From Girardia tigrina (lineage: Eukaryota), in the NCBI GenBank assembly GCA_001938485.1, contig MQRK01206548.1:26613-90612 (forward strand): a DNA stretch of 64,000 nt, in the 5' to 3' direction. A program made the translations under genes and the position numbers. A model generated the notes under the pieces. The model searched no databases, had not been told where the DNA came from, and saw only the letters and a program-made list of their open reading frames with translations. Of the stretch, positions 39,439 to 51,438 are shown one piece after another (position 1 is the first letter of the stretch; the number at the start of each line of letters is the position of its first letter).

Positions 39439-39848
39439 CTATACGAATACGAATTTTATGACAAAAGATAACATTTTAGTAATGTACATGTTGGTGACAG
39501 AACGGGCGCAGCGGATTTGTGTTTGTGGGGCGCTGGTGATGGGGGGGTGGACTGCGGGACACAGGGGAGAAAAACTCAACGTAATCTTACTGCCATCATC
39601 CTCACTCAGCTCGATCGTCAAATCTCTGCGGCTCGCCGCTCCAGCCCCTTCCACCGTTTCAAATAACTGCGACCAATTCATTCCATCACAAAACCATTTC
39701 TGCTCTTTAACATCATTGACTTTGCTCTTCAAATTACCGACTCGTTTCGTCAAATCCGGCTCCAATAACTTTCTAATAAGAGATCGAATTGCTTAGAAAA
39801 GTGTTGTTGAAATGTGAATTTGATTGTCATAATTTATATATTGTGATT
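39439..39848 (-). pseudogene. PKA/PRKX-like catalytic subunit C-terminal fragment, truncated by Penelope
   Basis: KFTFQQHFS/IRSLIRKLLEPDLTKRVGNLKSKVNDVKEQKWF..NW matches [30 protein letters not shown]. Confidence 0.85.
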
Positions 39849-39849
39849 G

Positions 39850-40401
39850 CAGTTTGTGATTTGCAAGCTAATCTGGTATATAAATTTAATTGTCACGGCT
39901 GTCAAAACTCGTACATCGGAGAGACAAATCGTCATCTCAAAACCCGGATTAGCGAGCACTTGCAAATGAGTCGATCGAGTAAGGTTCTTTATCATTGGTT
40001 ATGTTGTAAGGATAGAACCTCATCCATTTCAAAAGATGAGTTTTCTGTTCTACAAAAGGGTTTTGATTCACATTACGAACGACAGTTTTGTGAATCTCTA
40101 CTAATAAGACACTACAACCCATCAATTAACATTCAGAATGGTCAAAGTAAGGTTATTTCAATACTTAAAATTTTTAATTAAAGTATTCTTTTTGCCATTA
40201 TTACCCAATAACACTTTGATAAATAATAATAATTAATTTTTTCGTTACCTTTTAGAGTAAATGTATCTATTAAAATTGTATTATTCAAACAATTCAATAT
40301 TCATATACTAAACATTCAAAAATTGCTGATGATGATGTATGTAAACATCGAAACATGTATAATAATTATATAAAAAAAGCTTTAATCAAATTACATTTTC
40401 G

Positions 40402-40404
<3 letters not shown>
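39850..40404 (+). mobile_element. Penelope-like element 3' end (GIY-YIG endonuclease plus pseudo-LTR) ending at (TA)n
   Basis: NLVYKFNCHGCQNSYIGETNRHLKTRISEH..H..ESLLIRHYNPSINIQ. Confidence 0.92.
40322..40363 (+). ncRNA. Minimal type I hammerhead ribozyme motif in the Penelope pLTR
   Basis: CTGATGA (40326-40332), one extra T, stem II GATGT/ACATC, GAAA, palindromic ACATGT, GUA cleavage triplet ending at 40359, and short stem I ATTG/TAAT. Confidence 0.7.
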
Positions 40405-40447
<43 letters not shown>

Positions 40448-40497
40448 NNNNNNNNNNNNNNNNNNNNNNNNNNNNNNNNNNNNNNNNNNNNNNNNNN

Positions 40498-40544
<47 letters not shown>

Positions 40545-41959
40545 AATTAGGAAAACTGAACAAAATTGTTTATTGTAAAATCTTCCTCAAAACTATTAAA
40601 AAATGATAAAATATAAATGATAAAAATAATGAAATTTCGATAAAATGTCAATATATATTTAACTACGAAATAAAAACAAATAAGATTACGATCACAACTA
40701 GTAAATCGAGAGAAGATATTTTATATCCATGATTTATGTGGGCAGAACTCTACTTGGACAACCGAATTTCTTTTGGTTATATTTTGTAGAAGAGAAAATT
40801 ACTATTACCTTATGTAAATTTATTGTGTTATTATTAACTATTTAATTGCAAAATGTAGTAATAGTTGTATGAAATTTTCCCTTCTACAAAAGATTTTAAA
40901 TATGACAGTAAATTTATTAACAAAATTATTTATTCCGTGGATATATATATAAGGTTTTTTATGTTCGTTTGGCGCTTCCTGGCAGGATTTGAAAAACAAT
41001 CCGGGTTTCATAAAAAATTTCATATAATGAATAATAATTTTAATTAAATATTTAAAATTCAAATTCTGTATAATGACAATTTAGAAAAATTTCTGTCAGC
41101 TAAACATGTTGTCATCCTCAAAATATAAATCTTTTTAACATATATATTGTAGGAAAATATCTCATTTAATCTAACGCAGGATAATCAATGAAATATATTA
41201 CGGTTAGGATTTTGTGCGGGCTTTTATCAATTATTGTCCCCCAACAGATTTTAAGCATCTGGTCACCTTAATATATATATAAAGGAAAAAATCAAAACAT
41301 TTTGATATTAAATAGATTCCACATTTGTGGATAATAATTGTAAAAGGTTTTTTGCAAAATAAAATTTTTTGATTGACTAGTTTCATCAAATTTTCATATT
41401 ATCATTTATTGTCAACGAAAAGGAGTACGTGTGCAAAGATTGAAGAAAATTGATTGAGTAAAACGCCTTCAAAAATATGTTTCATCAAAATATGTTTATA
41501 CATAGAAAGCAAGCTAATATAAAGCATGAAAAATATAAAAAAGGTAGTTTTAAAGATTTGTTCGGATTATTGATTATTTCGAAATGGCCCCCACAGTCTA
41601 TCACTTTTTCCTAATACATGGACGTTATTTTTCCTCACTGGGGGGCTTTGGTCCTTGTCAATATGTTAAAAAATTCCCTGGACCAAGGGAATTTGATGAA
41701 AATTTATTTGTAGGATTTGTAGAAAGTAAACACACTGGCAGACGAAGAGAGTAAATCTAAATATTGTAAAAGGAGGAGAATCAAAACTATCAAATACTCT
41801 AAACAATAACACTAAATTATTAAAAAAATTAAAGTGATAAAAAAAGAGAAAAAATAAAAAAATGAAAACTTGAATTTCTCTCTCAAAAATACAGACATTT
41901 GCCTCTCTATTATTTTGAGGAGTTAGTAAATTTTTCTTTCGCTTACAAATTTTAATAAT

Positions 41960-42406
41960 TTATTTTTTTTTGGTACCGTAGCCGTTTGACCGTGGGTGCA
42001 CTCAATTATGTACAAGCATTATGGCTTGGTTTTTCATATTTTTGAGTATCTCAATAGGCAAAGAACTTGGTGGAGCTTATCTCCTCTCCAGATATGGATG
42101 GCCGTTGGCTCCAAGGAGCTCATCCGCCCTTTGCTAGGATTTGTTTTTCATCCTGCTAGGTGTCCACACACCCTCTTCATCCAGGTTGATCTGGGGAGGG
42201 AGCCGGTTTAGTTGCCAATCATTCGACCATGGGACAGGGAGTACAGGTTTACATGGTACCTGTAGCAGACAACTTGCCCGACCTGACCTATGGTCAATAA
42301 CCCCGCGATTTCCTTATCGGTCACCCATATAAATATTAACGCGGCCGTCAGTTGATTAACTTCGGAGATCGGACGATATCCGGCGTACCCAACTGCGGCT
42401 ATTAAT
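41960..42406 (-). mobile_element. 5S rRNA-derived SINE (SINE3) with RTE-like tail
   Basis: Head 42293-42406 is 5S-like (CGTCCGATCTCCGAAGTTAA A-box region, TGGGTGACCG C-box region, helix I ATTAATAGCC/GGTTATTGAC). The tail is 35/43 identical to the RTE 3' end and is followed by an A-tail. TSD CAAATTT(T)AATAAT at 41946-41959 and 42407-42419. Confidence 0.88.
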
Positions 42407-42719
42407 CAAATTTAATAATGATTAAAATATTTTTTAAATATTTTAAATTAAATTTGATTTTAAGATCAACTAAATAATTAAAATTGAATATATTTTAAAG
42501 TATTTTATTTCTGGAAATAATAAATTTGGGCTACAATTAATTTTTAATATGGTAGAATAAAATGCTTTCCTAAATTTTAAAATGAATATTATTATAGAAT
42601 AAATTGCATCACTTCTAAATCTTAACGATTTAAAATATTTGATAAAGAATTCTTTACTTTTAAATCAAAATAAAAGTCATTTAATAAAATTTATTCGAGT
42701 AATTAATTTCAACGGATTG

Positions 42720-43075
42720 CCTGCAATCTTCAGACTAAATCAACAACATGCAACTTTATGGTCCAGCCAACCATTTGGGTTTGCCACACCCCGGGTCAAT
42801 TAACTGTGAAGAGTCCCCTCAGCTACGGATCTGAATCTGGCACCAAGTTAACGTGGTAGGAGTACTCTTTCAAGCTCGGTCATCCTACGTAGGAAGAATC
42901 ATCCCATGATTGAGAAGCTGCTGTTCTCGACTACTTGATATCATTGAGGAACAACTGCTGCAACAAGGTCGTCGAGCCCAAGTTCAGTAGATAGCTCAAA
43001 TAATTCGACAAATTATCACACAGCACCTTCGAGCTACAGGTGAGGACTCGGCATATACTTTTTGTCGGTTTCATA
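42720..43075 (+). mobile_element. Gypsy gag-like relic
   Basis: Frameshifted P.IW...LL.RL..IEEQLLQQ...FCRFH pattern after an AT-rich leader. Confidence 0.45.
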
Positions 43076-43126
43076 TGTTTTTTTATATTTTTTAAAGTAC
43101 AACAGTGATAGTTTATCAAGTATTAA

Positions 43127-43546
43127 GGGCTCGTTCGTAAAATACATAATGCGAAAATTTGGATTTTTAGACCCCCATTCCCCTCTTGTCACAAAGTGTC
43201 ACACTTTCATAGGTGTCACGTCACAAATCATAAAAACAAAAAATATACAAACTACAATATTTTATTTATTTCTTATCAATTTTTCTCAAATTTGAGCTAA
43301 ATGCTCTTCAACTGTTCAAATTGGGATATTTTCCTGTAATTCATATTCTTCGGGCATTGACAAATCCATAATTTCTAATGTTAAATCAAGCATTGTATTA
43401 TTCATTGTTTTTTGAAAAAAGATTTCAATAATAATCATTTTAGTGACATAATTTTTAGATCCCCCTTCTCCCCTTGTCACAAAGTGTCACACTTTCACAG
43501 ACCCCTCCCCTCCCCCTATGCGTTATGTTTTTTTACGAACGAGCCC
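43127..43546. mobile_element. MITE with TAA TSD (PIF/Harbinger- or Zator-type)
   Basis: TIR GGGCTCGTTCGTAAAA / TTTTACGAACGAGCCC, TAA on both sides, internal direct repeat CTTGTCACAAAGTGTCACACTTTCA. Confidence 0.88.
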
Positions 43547-43789
43547 TAATCTAAAAGAAAGCAGAATTGATAAACATCTATTTAATTTAAAATTTTGTCC
43601 AATAACACGTTTTTAACAATTCTGTAATTTGTTATTTAAATATTAATTTTCAACAATAATGTTTTTATATACAGTTTTTTTGACAAAATCAACAGTAGCA
43701 CCACAAGTTTATAAACTAATAATTTAGTCTAAAGTTGCTCGTAATCAGCCGAAATTATTTACTCGAATAAATTCGAATAAATGGAGCTA

Positions 43790-45064
43790 CGTGGTGCGAT
43801 CCCTAAGTTCTTAGACTCGTTGATAAATAAGATTATGACGTATATGCCGTTGATACTATAAATAGACGAATTATCATTGGTTACAGATATTAATCACCAT
43901 ACCCAACCTGTGTGTGTGTGGTGCGTACAGCCATTATTTCACTTTTTACTGTAGACATGGACAGTAACGTCGAATATCGCAACGTGAAAAAAATTCTGCT
44001 CCTGCGTAATACTAAAAGCTGCGATATTTTGCAGCAGTTGCTGGAATGTTACGGTGGCCAGTGCCCATCACGTACAACAGTTTATAATTGGATCAGAGAC
44101 TTTAAACATGGCCGACAATCCGTTTTTGATGCTGAGAGATCAGGACGACCGTGTGAAATTTTACCCGGGAAAAGTGATTTGTGCATGAAGATCGTGTCGG
44201 ATGAGAGACGAATAATCATCCGTGAACTTGCACAGCGTCTATCCATCAGCTAAAATTCTACATATTATATTCTGCAATCATTTGGAGTTCGCAAACTGTG
44301 TTGACGTTTTGTTCCCCGATTCCTATTCGGTGAAATGTGCGACAAACGTTTGCAGTGTTGCACTGCCAATTTTGAGTTGCTTCGCACTCACGGTGATCGC
44401 TTCATCAATAACATCGTTACACAAGATGAAACCCCAGTGAGCTTGCATGTGCCTGAGAGCAAGCGTCAATCTTCTGAGTGGTGCTTCCCCTGTGAAAGTG
44501 CTCCCCGAAAACTTTGAAGTGGCACCTCGCACAAGCGAGCAGCAATGCTGACTGTGTTCTGGGATTCCCATGGCATTATTAAAATTGATTTCCTTGAGGA
44601 AGGACTGACAATGAATAGTGAGTATTATGTTGAATTACTTCGCGATGTAAGAAAGTCTCATAGGAAGCCAAGAGGGATCCCATTGTGGCTCCTTTATTAC
44701 AATGCACCCATTCACACTTCGCGAGCAACTTTGACTGCTGTGAATGACTATAGTTGTTATAGCCCTGACCTAGCCCAAAGTGATTTTGCGTTGTTTAAAC
44801 ACCTAAAGAAACATTTGAAAGGTGTCCACTTTCATTCAGTTGATGTCTATAAGGAGAAAGTCCTTGATATTCTCAATTCTTTGCTTCCCAATTTTTACAA
44901 AAATGCGTTCTCTGAGCTTGTTGCTCACTGGCGCAAGTGTGTTGATTTACACGGCTGATACATTGAGATTTGATTTACTTTGATGTCATGTACTGATTCT
45001 GGAAAAAATAAAAAAGATTGAACTTTGCTTTCTTATCGAGTCTAAGTCTATGGATCGCACCACG
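43790..45064 (+). mobile_element. Near full-length mariner (irritans-like), defective
   Basis: TA-CGTGGTGCGATCC...GGATCGCACCACG-TA. Transposase from 43957 with RSGRP, FVPR, VTQDET, MLTVFWD and YSPDLAQSD, broken by frameshifts and stops. Confidence 0.93.
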
Positions 45065-47889
45065 TATGACTTTTGTTTTAATAATACTGTGCCATTTTTT
45101 GTATTTTTAAAATGATTATTATTTTTGAACACGTTTTAATAGATTTAGATATGATTTTTAAATTTTAGTTTTGAAAAGTTTGATTGTTAAAATAAATGTC
45201 GACAAATTGATTATTAAAAGAAAGTTTAAAATTTATTGGAACTTGTTTGAAAATAAAAATTTTTAATTTGTGCAAATAAAAAATTTTGAAAATTATGAAT
45301 CCGAATTCAAAATTCGGATATGATATTAAAGCAACTAAAAATTATAAAAAAAATCATTGAGATATATTTTAGTCAAAATACTTTCATTGAGTTATCATCG
45401 GTATTTTCTGCAACTGCTTTGCAGTTTCTCGATTCTTTCTTTATAGTAACGATGTGGTTTCTCTTCATAGACGACAATAAGGTTTTTTTCCGGATAAAAT
45501 CTGAAGGGGTAAGGTTTGGGGAATTCTGAGCCTTGGTTCCTTAAGGTGATTCTCAATTTTTGGACCATCCAGAATTCTGTTAAAGTAACACTACCGGATA
45601 ATTTATAAAAACTATTATTAATAATGCTTTTATGACGAAAAATTCTATTCATATTTAAAATAATGATTTTATTTGATGTTTCATCAGATTACAAAATCTG
45701 AATAGATTTCCTTCTCAGAAGAATATCTTCCGTCAACCCTTTGAAACCTCAACAAGGTACTTACCTTGACGAAGAATTCATAAATGCAACCATTCTTTTC
45801 TACTTCCTCCGAGCTATATAAAATTTCCATATTTAAGTAAAATAACCTCCTCAATGACGCAGTAATTTTGCCTTGATCTCAATGGTGATCGGAATGGAGG
45901 TTTTCCCCGGCATTTTGCCAAATAATGAATTTTTTATTTTGTTCTTTAACAATATGATTATTTATTTAAATTAATTTATTTAATTAACTTGTAATATTTT
46001 ATGGCATTAACTTGGACTTTAATTAATCTTATTCTACAAAAGAAAATTTATTATTACTTATCAACTTCTTCTTGTGAAGAAGCAAATCTGGCAAACATTT
46101 CTTTACATCTTCCGTCTTGCAATTTCATTAAAACTCGCCTCTGGCAAAACGAAAATCTATCTCGCTTGGAATTGACCGAAACTGATCGAATTTCGTGTAT
46201 TTTTATATATTTTAATAATGAAACATTAATGGTATTTTATTTTCGAACACATAAAGACGCCATTTAAAGAAAAATTTTTTATTTTAGAGTATCAATAAAT
46301 TAATCGATAAACCGAATAAAAATGAGATTAAAAATGATATAAAAGAACCACCAATTTTAAAAACCGTTTTGAGTATTCCGCATTCCGAAGGTTTTGCTCA
46401 AATTAAACGTTCAATTTTGAAATGCGTAAATAAAGCTTTTAATTTAAAAAAAATTAGAGCATTTATATAAAATTCAAAATGTATTTTGTAATAAATCTCC
46501 AAACCCATTTGGATTAGGTTCGGATTTCGTATATCAATTTACATTTAATGGTTACAATGTCACATATATTAGAGAGAAGTCATCTCTATAGGTGATTCTA
46601 AGAATATGGCCGAAATGGAGGTGGGTGTCATATTGCGGAACACAGAAAAGTTTGTAAATTTAATGAAAACATTAACAAAAAATATTTTTAAATTATGTGT
46701 GCTCACTTTAATAATTTTTGGGAGAAAGTAGCCTGTGAAGCACTTTAGATCCTAAGATTATTTTGCAAGGGGGTCTCTCGAAAACCCTAATGAGCAAATC
46801 TATACGACAACTATTTGTCGATTACGTAATCACTGTTTGTCTATAAATGCAGATTTAAAATTCATAATTTCTGTATGATCTGACAGTGACGGTTATACCG
46901 TCAAAATTAATTGTCTTTCATAATAATTTTTTATATTTATACATTAGATTGAAAAATTAAAGATAAAACTACTATTTACAGTTGAAATTAGTACATGAAT
47001 CAAATTTTAATGTTATTTTCCAAATAAAATTACTTATTTTTCAACTTTCATTTAAATTTCTTTTTACGTTCTCTGTTTCAAACTACGTGCCTCATTTAAA
47101 GACAAACGATTTCAGTAGCATGTTTGGATTATTTATTTTAAATATTTAATTTAAAATATTGTACGAAGAAAGCAAATGTTTAGTAAAGAAAGAAGAGGTA
47201 AAGTTCCACAAAGGGAATTGGTTAAAACAATATTGATCGTTCTTTGTTGAAAATGATGTGTCCACCTTTGACTCATTCTTCATTTTAGCTTAAGGATATG
47301 TCTTTCCTAAATCGATCGTACTAAAATAATTAGCTTATATCAAGCTGTTTGATACATTCTTTTCTATTCTTTAGTCGCATATCAGAGAAATATTCCAGGA
47401 AAAATTAAATCTTTTTATTCAATGCATTTATCTTACAAATGATTTTCACCATCCATGTCAACTTATTTGTTATTTCCATAATTTGTACGAACCCGTTATG
47501 TTCAAGACCATTGAACAAACCGAGAGGAACCCTCTAATTAAACAATTTTTTCTGAAAAACTTTCTTTCCGGAACATTTTTAAATCAGGAAACTTACTTTT
47601 TATTGACATAAATATTTACTTTATAACAGAAATCTTATTCTCTTTTCAACACCAAACAGCAAGATAGAAGAAGTGCCACTCTAAAGGCAATATATGCCTA
47701 AACTACATATAACATTAAAAATAAATAAAATATTTTTTACAAGAATTTTTATTTGTGAAACACGGTTAACTGAATGTTCTTTTAGTTTTAATTGGTCATG
47801 TGGTAAATAACAAATTATAACAAATCTATTTCAAAAATAAAGATATTAACAAACTCAGAAAGAAAGAAGATCACTTTAATCGTGGAGAT

Positions 47890-48210
47890 AAAGAAGTCTT
47901 TGTCACAAGGAGCTGTAAACGAAATGACGTCAAATTCCGGTGTTCAAATTACTTTTCGTTTGATATTAAATGTCCTTATAATCAGAGCAGAATATGAATT
48001 ACGGACGAAAGCGAATATGGCGTTTAGGATTAAGCTTCTGGTTCTGATGAAATTGATGAATTATCGCAAAATTGACTCATCAAATGTTAGATAAAAGATT
48101 AAATTATTCAATTAATGGTAATGATAAAATTTGGATTAAAGGATAATAAGGTCAATAGAAAATAATATACCCGGTCAGTGTGATACGTCCGCAAATATCA
48201 ATTATAACCC
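47890..48210 (+). mobile_element. Gypsy gag zinc-knuckle/aspartic protease relic
   Basis: FRCSNY..IKCP followed by CDTSANIN (DTGA-like). Confidence 0.5.
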
Positions 48211-48373
48211 TCTTGAATCAAGGTATATTTTAAATACAATAATTTTATATACAACAGAACAAATCCGATTTATTTACCCGATCAAAGATTTTTAATCGAT
48301 CTTAATCCATCTAAAGAATTTTTACAAGAACCAAATATATATATGTATATATATACAAGTATATATATATATA

Positions 48374-48780
48374 CAAATCACTAAAATTCCATATTCTGAA
48401 AGATTTAGAGCGTTTAAGAAGAGTATTTGTAGAACAATAAGTAGTGCTAAAGTAGTCTCTGTCACATCCAAAGTTCAAAGTTTCCTCTCAAACAAATCGA
48501 AAACAGTTTGTGATTTGCAAGCTAATCTGGTATATAAATTTAATTGTCACGGGTGCAAAAAATCGTACATCGGAGAGACAAATCGTCATCTCAAAACCCG
48601 GATTAGCGAACACTCGCAAATGAGTCGATCGAGTAAGGTTCTTGATCATTAGTTATGTTGTAAGGATAGAACCTCATCCATTTCAAAAGATGAGTTTTCT
48701 GTTATACAAAAGGGTTTTGATTCACATTATGAATGATAGTTTTTTGAATCTCTTCTAATAAGACACTACAACCCGTCAAT
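48374..48780 (+). mobile_element. Penelope GIY-YIG fragment between (TA)n tracts; a further short fragment at ~48900-48990
   Basis: 48504-48780 is nearly identical to 39850-40126 but carries stops. Confidence 0.9.
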
Positions 48781-49679
48781 ATATATATACTAAATTAATA
48801 TTATTATTATTATTCTTTTTTATTCTTTTTTATTCTTTTTTTTTATTCTTTTTTATTCTTTTTTATTTCGAGTTTTGATTGATTGGTGACGAGATTCCCT
48901 CTTTATTGTATAATTGTTCACTTGTATTGGATGTAATGCCACATATTGGACAGACATCTCGTCATCTCTGCAAATGGATTAAAGAGCAAATGGTGTGAAA
49001 AATGGAAGCAATATTGCCAAACAAACGTTAAGATTTAAAAAGAGAATCGAAGAAAACGATTTTCAAATTCTGTGCAATTAATTTAAAATTATTTTGGAAA
49101 GAGTGACGCGTAAGGTCTTCAATATTGGTATAATAATAATATCAACGAATCCGAAAATTAATACTCAAGCTTCCCATTCAACCTGTCTGTGAGTGCAGAA
49201 TATAAATATAAATGTTTCATTTGTCTAAACAGTATAAACAACACAAAGTGATATTCAAAAATATTCTTCACAATTCTTTCAATAATAAATTTGAAAATAT
49301 AAACGATTTATATGACATTAGGACCCAATATTGCAGTCACTCTACTGCTCTGTTGAAGTTTATATTGAATATTATTTATTTTTCTTCCTTTTTGTCTTAA
49401 ATTTTACATTTGCTTATCGAGGTGCGCAAATTTTAAAAATCCTTCTTTTTTGCCTTCTTACATCCGTTATTTACGGCGTACATAACAGATTGATTCAATG
49501 TACCTCAAATGTTGTCATTAGCATTTTGCAACTGTTCGTCTGTTACCCAGTTTAGTTTTATTGTTGTGTTTAATAGCTGAGATGCGTTGCAATCAAACAA
49601 AAAAACTGAGCAACAAAATGTTAATTAATTATCAAATTATAACTATTTGAATTTATAGTAATCATACCTACAAATTTCA

Positions 49680-49930
49680 TACTTGACAATCTAATAAATC
49701 AGTCTCTCTTATACAAATAATAGAGTTACTGAAGAGTTGAAAGTGAACTCAATATTCAAATGTCTTTCCGTTTTAGTAATTTTTTTCATTCTTTTATTAA
49801 TATTCATCCTTTTTTAATGGACTTGTTCCTCTTTACTGATTCTGATACCTTAAAGAGGAATTCTGACAGGTCATTTTCCTTGTTCGTCTTTCTCTTCATC
49901 ATATTTCCAGTTGGGATTTACTTTTCTAAT
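49680..49930 (-). mobile_element. Gypsy RT N-terminal relic
   Basis: SS..FNSSVTL..YKRD.FIRL resembles SPFNSPV..V.K.DGSIRLC.D. Confidence 0.4.
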
Positions 49931-51438
49931 ATACATGTATTAAAATATTTGAGTATTGGATGAGTTTTTGCCTCCGAAATGAATAATATATTTTTCATTT
50001 TCTAAATTGCAACCAACAATTTTCCTCAATTTCCGAAATCTCTCATTCGGGAAATACAATTTTAAAAGCACTTACATCGCGTATCACATTCTTCCTAAAC
50101 AAGATTGTACATTGAAAGAGTAATCCGTCGGAACAAAAAAACGAATGCATTAACGCTTAACTAATATTTTAATGGCTTCTGAAACGATTTTTTCATAATT
50201 GACTGCCAATAATAAACATACGTTGTTACTCTTTGTTCGAGTGACAAATATTATGTTGTTTTCTATCATTAAATCCGGAAATAGCACTCGAATTATCCGG
50301 TCCCATCCATCAAAACAGTAAATAAACGAAAGCCACAAGACAACCGAGCACCGCCATCACAATCATAGCAACACCGTATCATACATCATTCATTCTCATA
50401 TCTGTTTTACACAGTGTTACATAAATAACGAGTGGAACAGCTCGAGTAAATTGCATTTGTTTCACCATATTTGTAAACGAGATCCAAATAATGTTTTCCA
50501 AACTGTCCTATGATGTAACAAGGAAAACTTGTAGTAAAATGAAGTTTATCTTTTGCTTGTTATAATCCGAAGCGTGTTGGCTCATGTCGATTTGCATCAG
50601 TGGGGCTTAAAGTACACAGACGGCATTTTGACTCCCATTCGTTTTTATATTTTGGCTCGCAGTGGCGAATGTTTCGTATGTCACACAAGTATGATGGTTT
50701 TATTGATGATTCGTCTGTCACAACCAAACGGGAAACGTACAACCCGGATGTGTTGACGAGTCTGACTTTTTATCGTCTAATTTTGCTTTAATATAGTTGT
50801 GTTAATAAAAATGTTGTTGGACGACTTTCCGGGGATGTTTTAAAATATAGTTTTAATTGATGTCTCTATTGATGGTTATAATAAAATGTTGATAATGCAG
50901 ACATTTAATATTTTTTATGGAAATTATTAAATATATTTAAGAAAAACCGAACTTTAAATTATAAAGTATAATGTTAATCAAGTATACTACAGCGTTATGA
51001 TAGTTTGGTAATCTTCGTGGAAGAAGGTCAATATAATGGAGAAATAAAATTCTGATAAAAAATAAATATTTTCGAATTTGACAACAGTAATTTTGATTAA
51101 AAAGTATAAAAAACATTTAATTAAATATAATTTCTTATAAATTTAAATAAATATAAATTTAAATATAAATATTAAATATATAAAATATTAAATGAAAAAT
51201 AAATTCCAATTAGAGGATGAAAAAAATAATTTTCGACACATTAAATACTTCAAAAAATATGTATTGAAACGCTGAATAAATACATTAATTTATATAATGT
51301 TATTTTTACTTACGAGTAAAGGAATTTGAATTTGAGTCGAATTTTCAAATTAAATTCATTTCATTTTTATTTTTTATAAATTTTAAATATAATTAAAATT
51401 AATTTATCGGGTGCAAATGGTTGCGCTACTGATAAATA

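Noticed and set aside
42150-42290. HDV-like ribozyme in the SINE body
   Set aside because: I could not build the nested double pseudoknot by eye.
42293-42406. Functional 5S rRNA gene
   Set aside because: It is diverged, has no T-run terminator after the head, and continues into a LINE-like tail with a TSD, so it is a SINE head.
46060-46265. Possible 5' end of a mitochondrial-targeted gene on the minus strand
   Set aside because: Only composition supports it; no recognisable domain.
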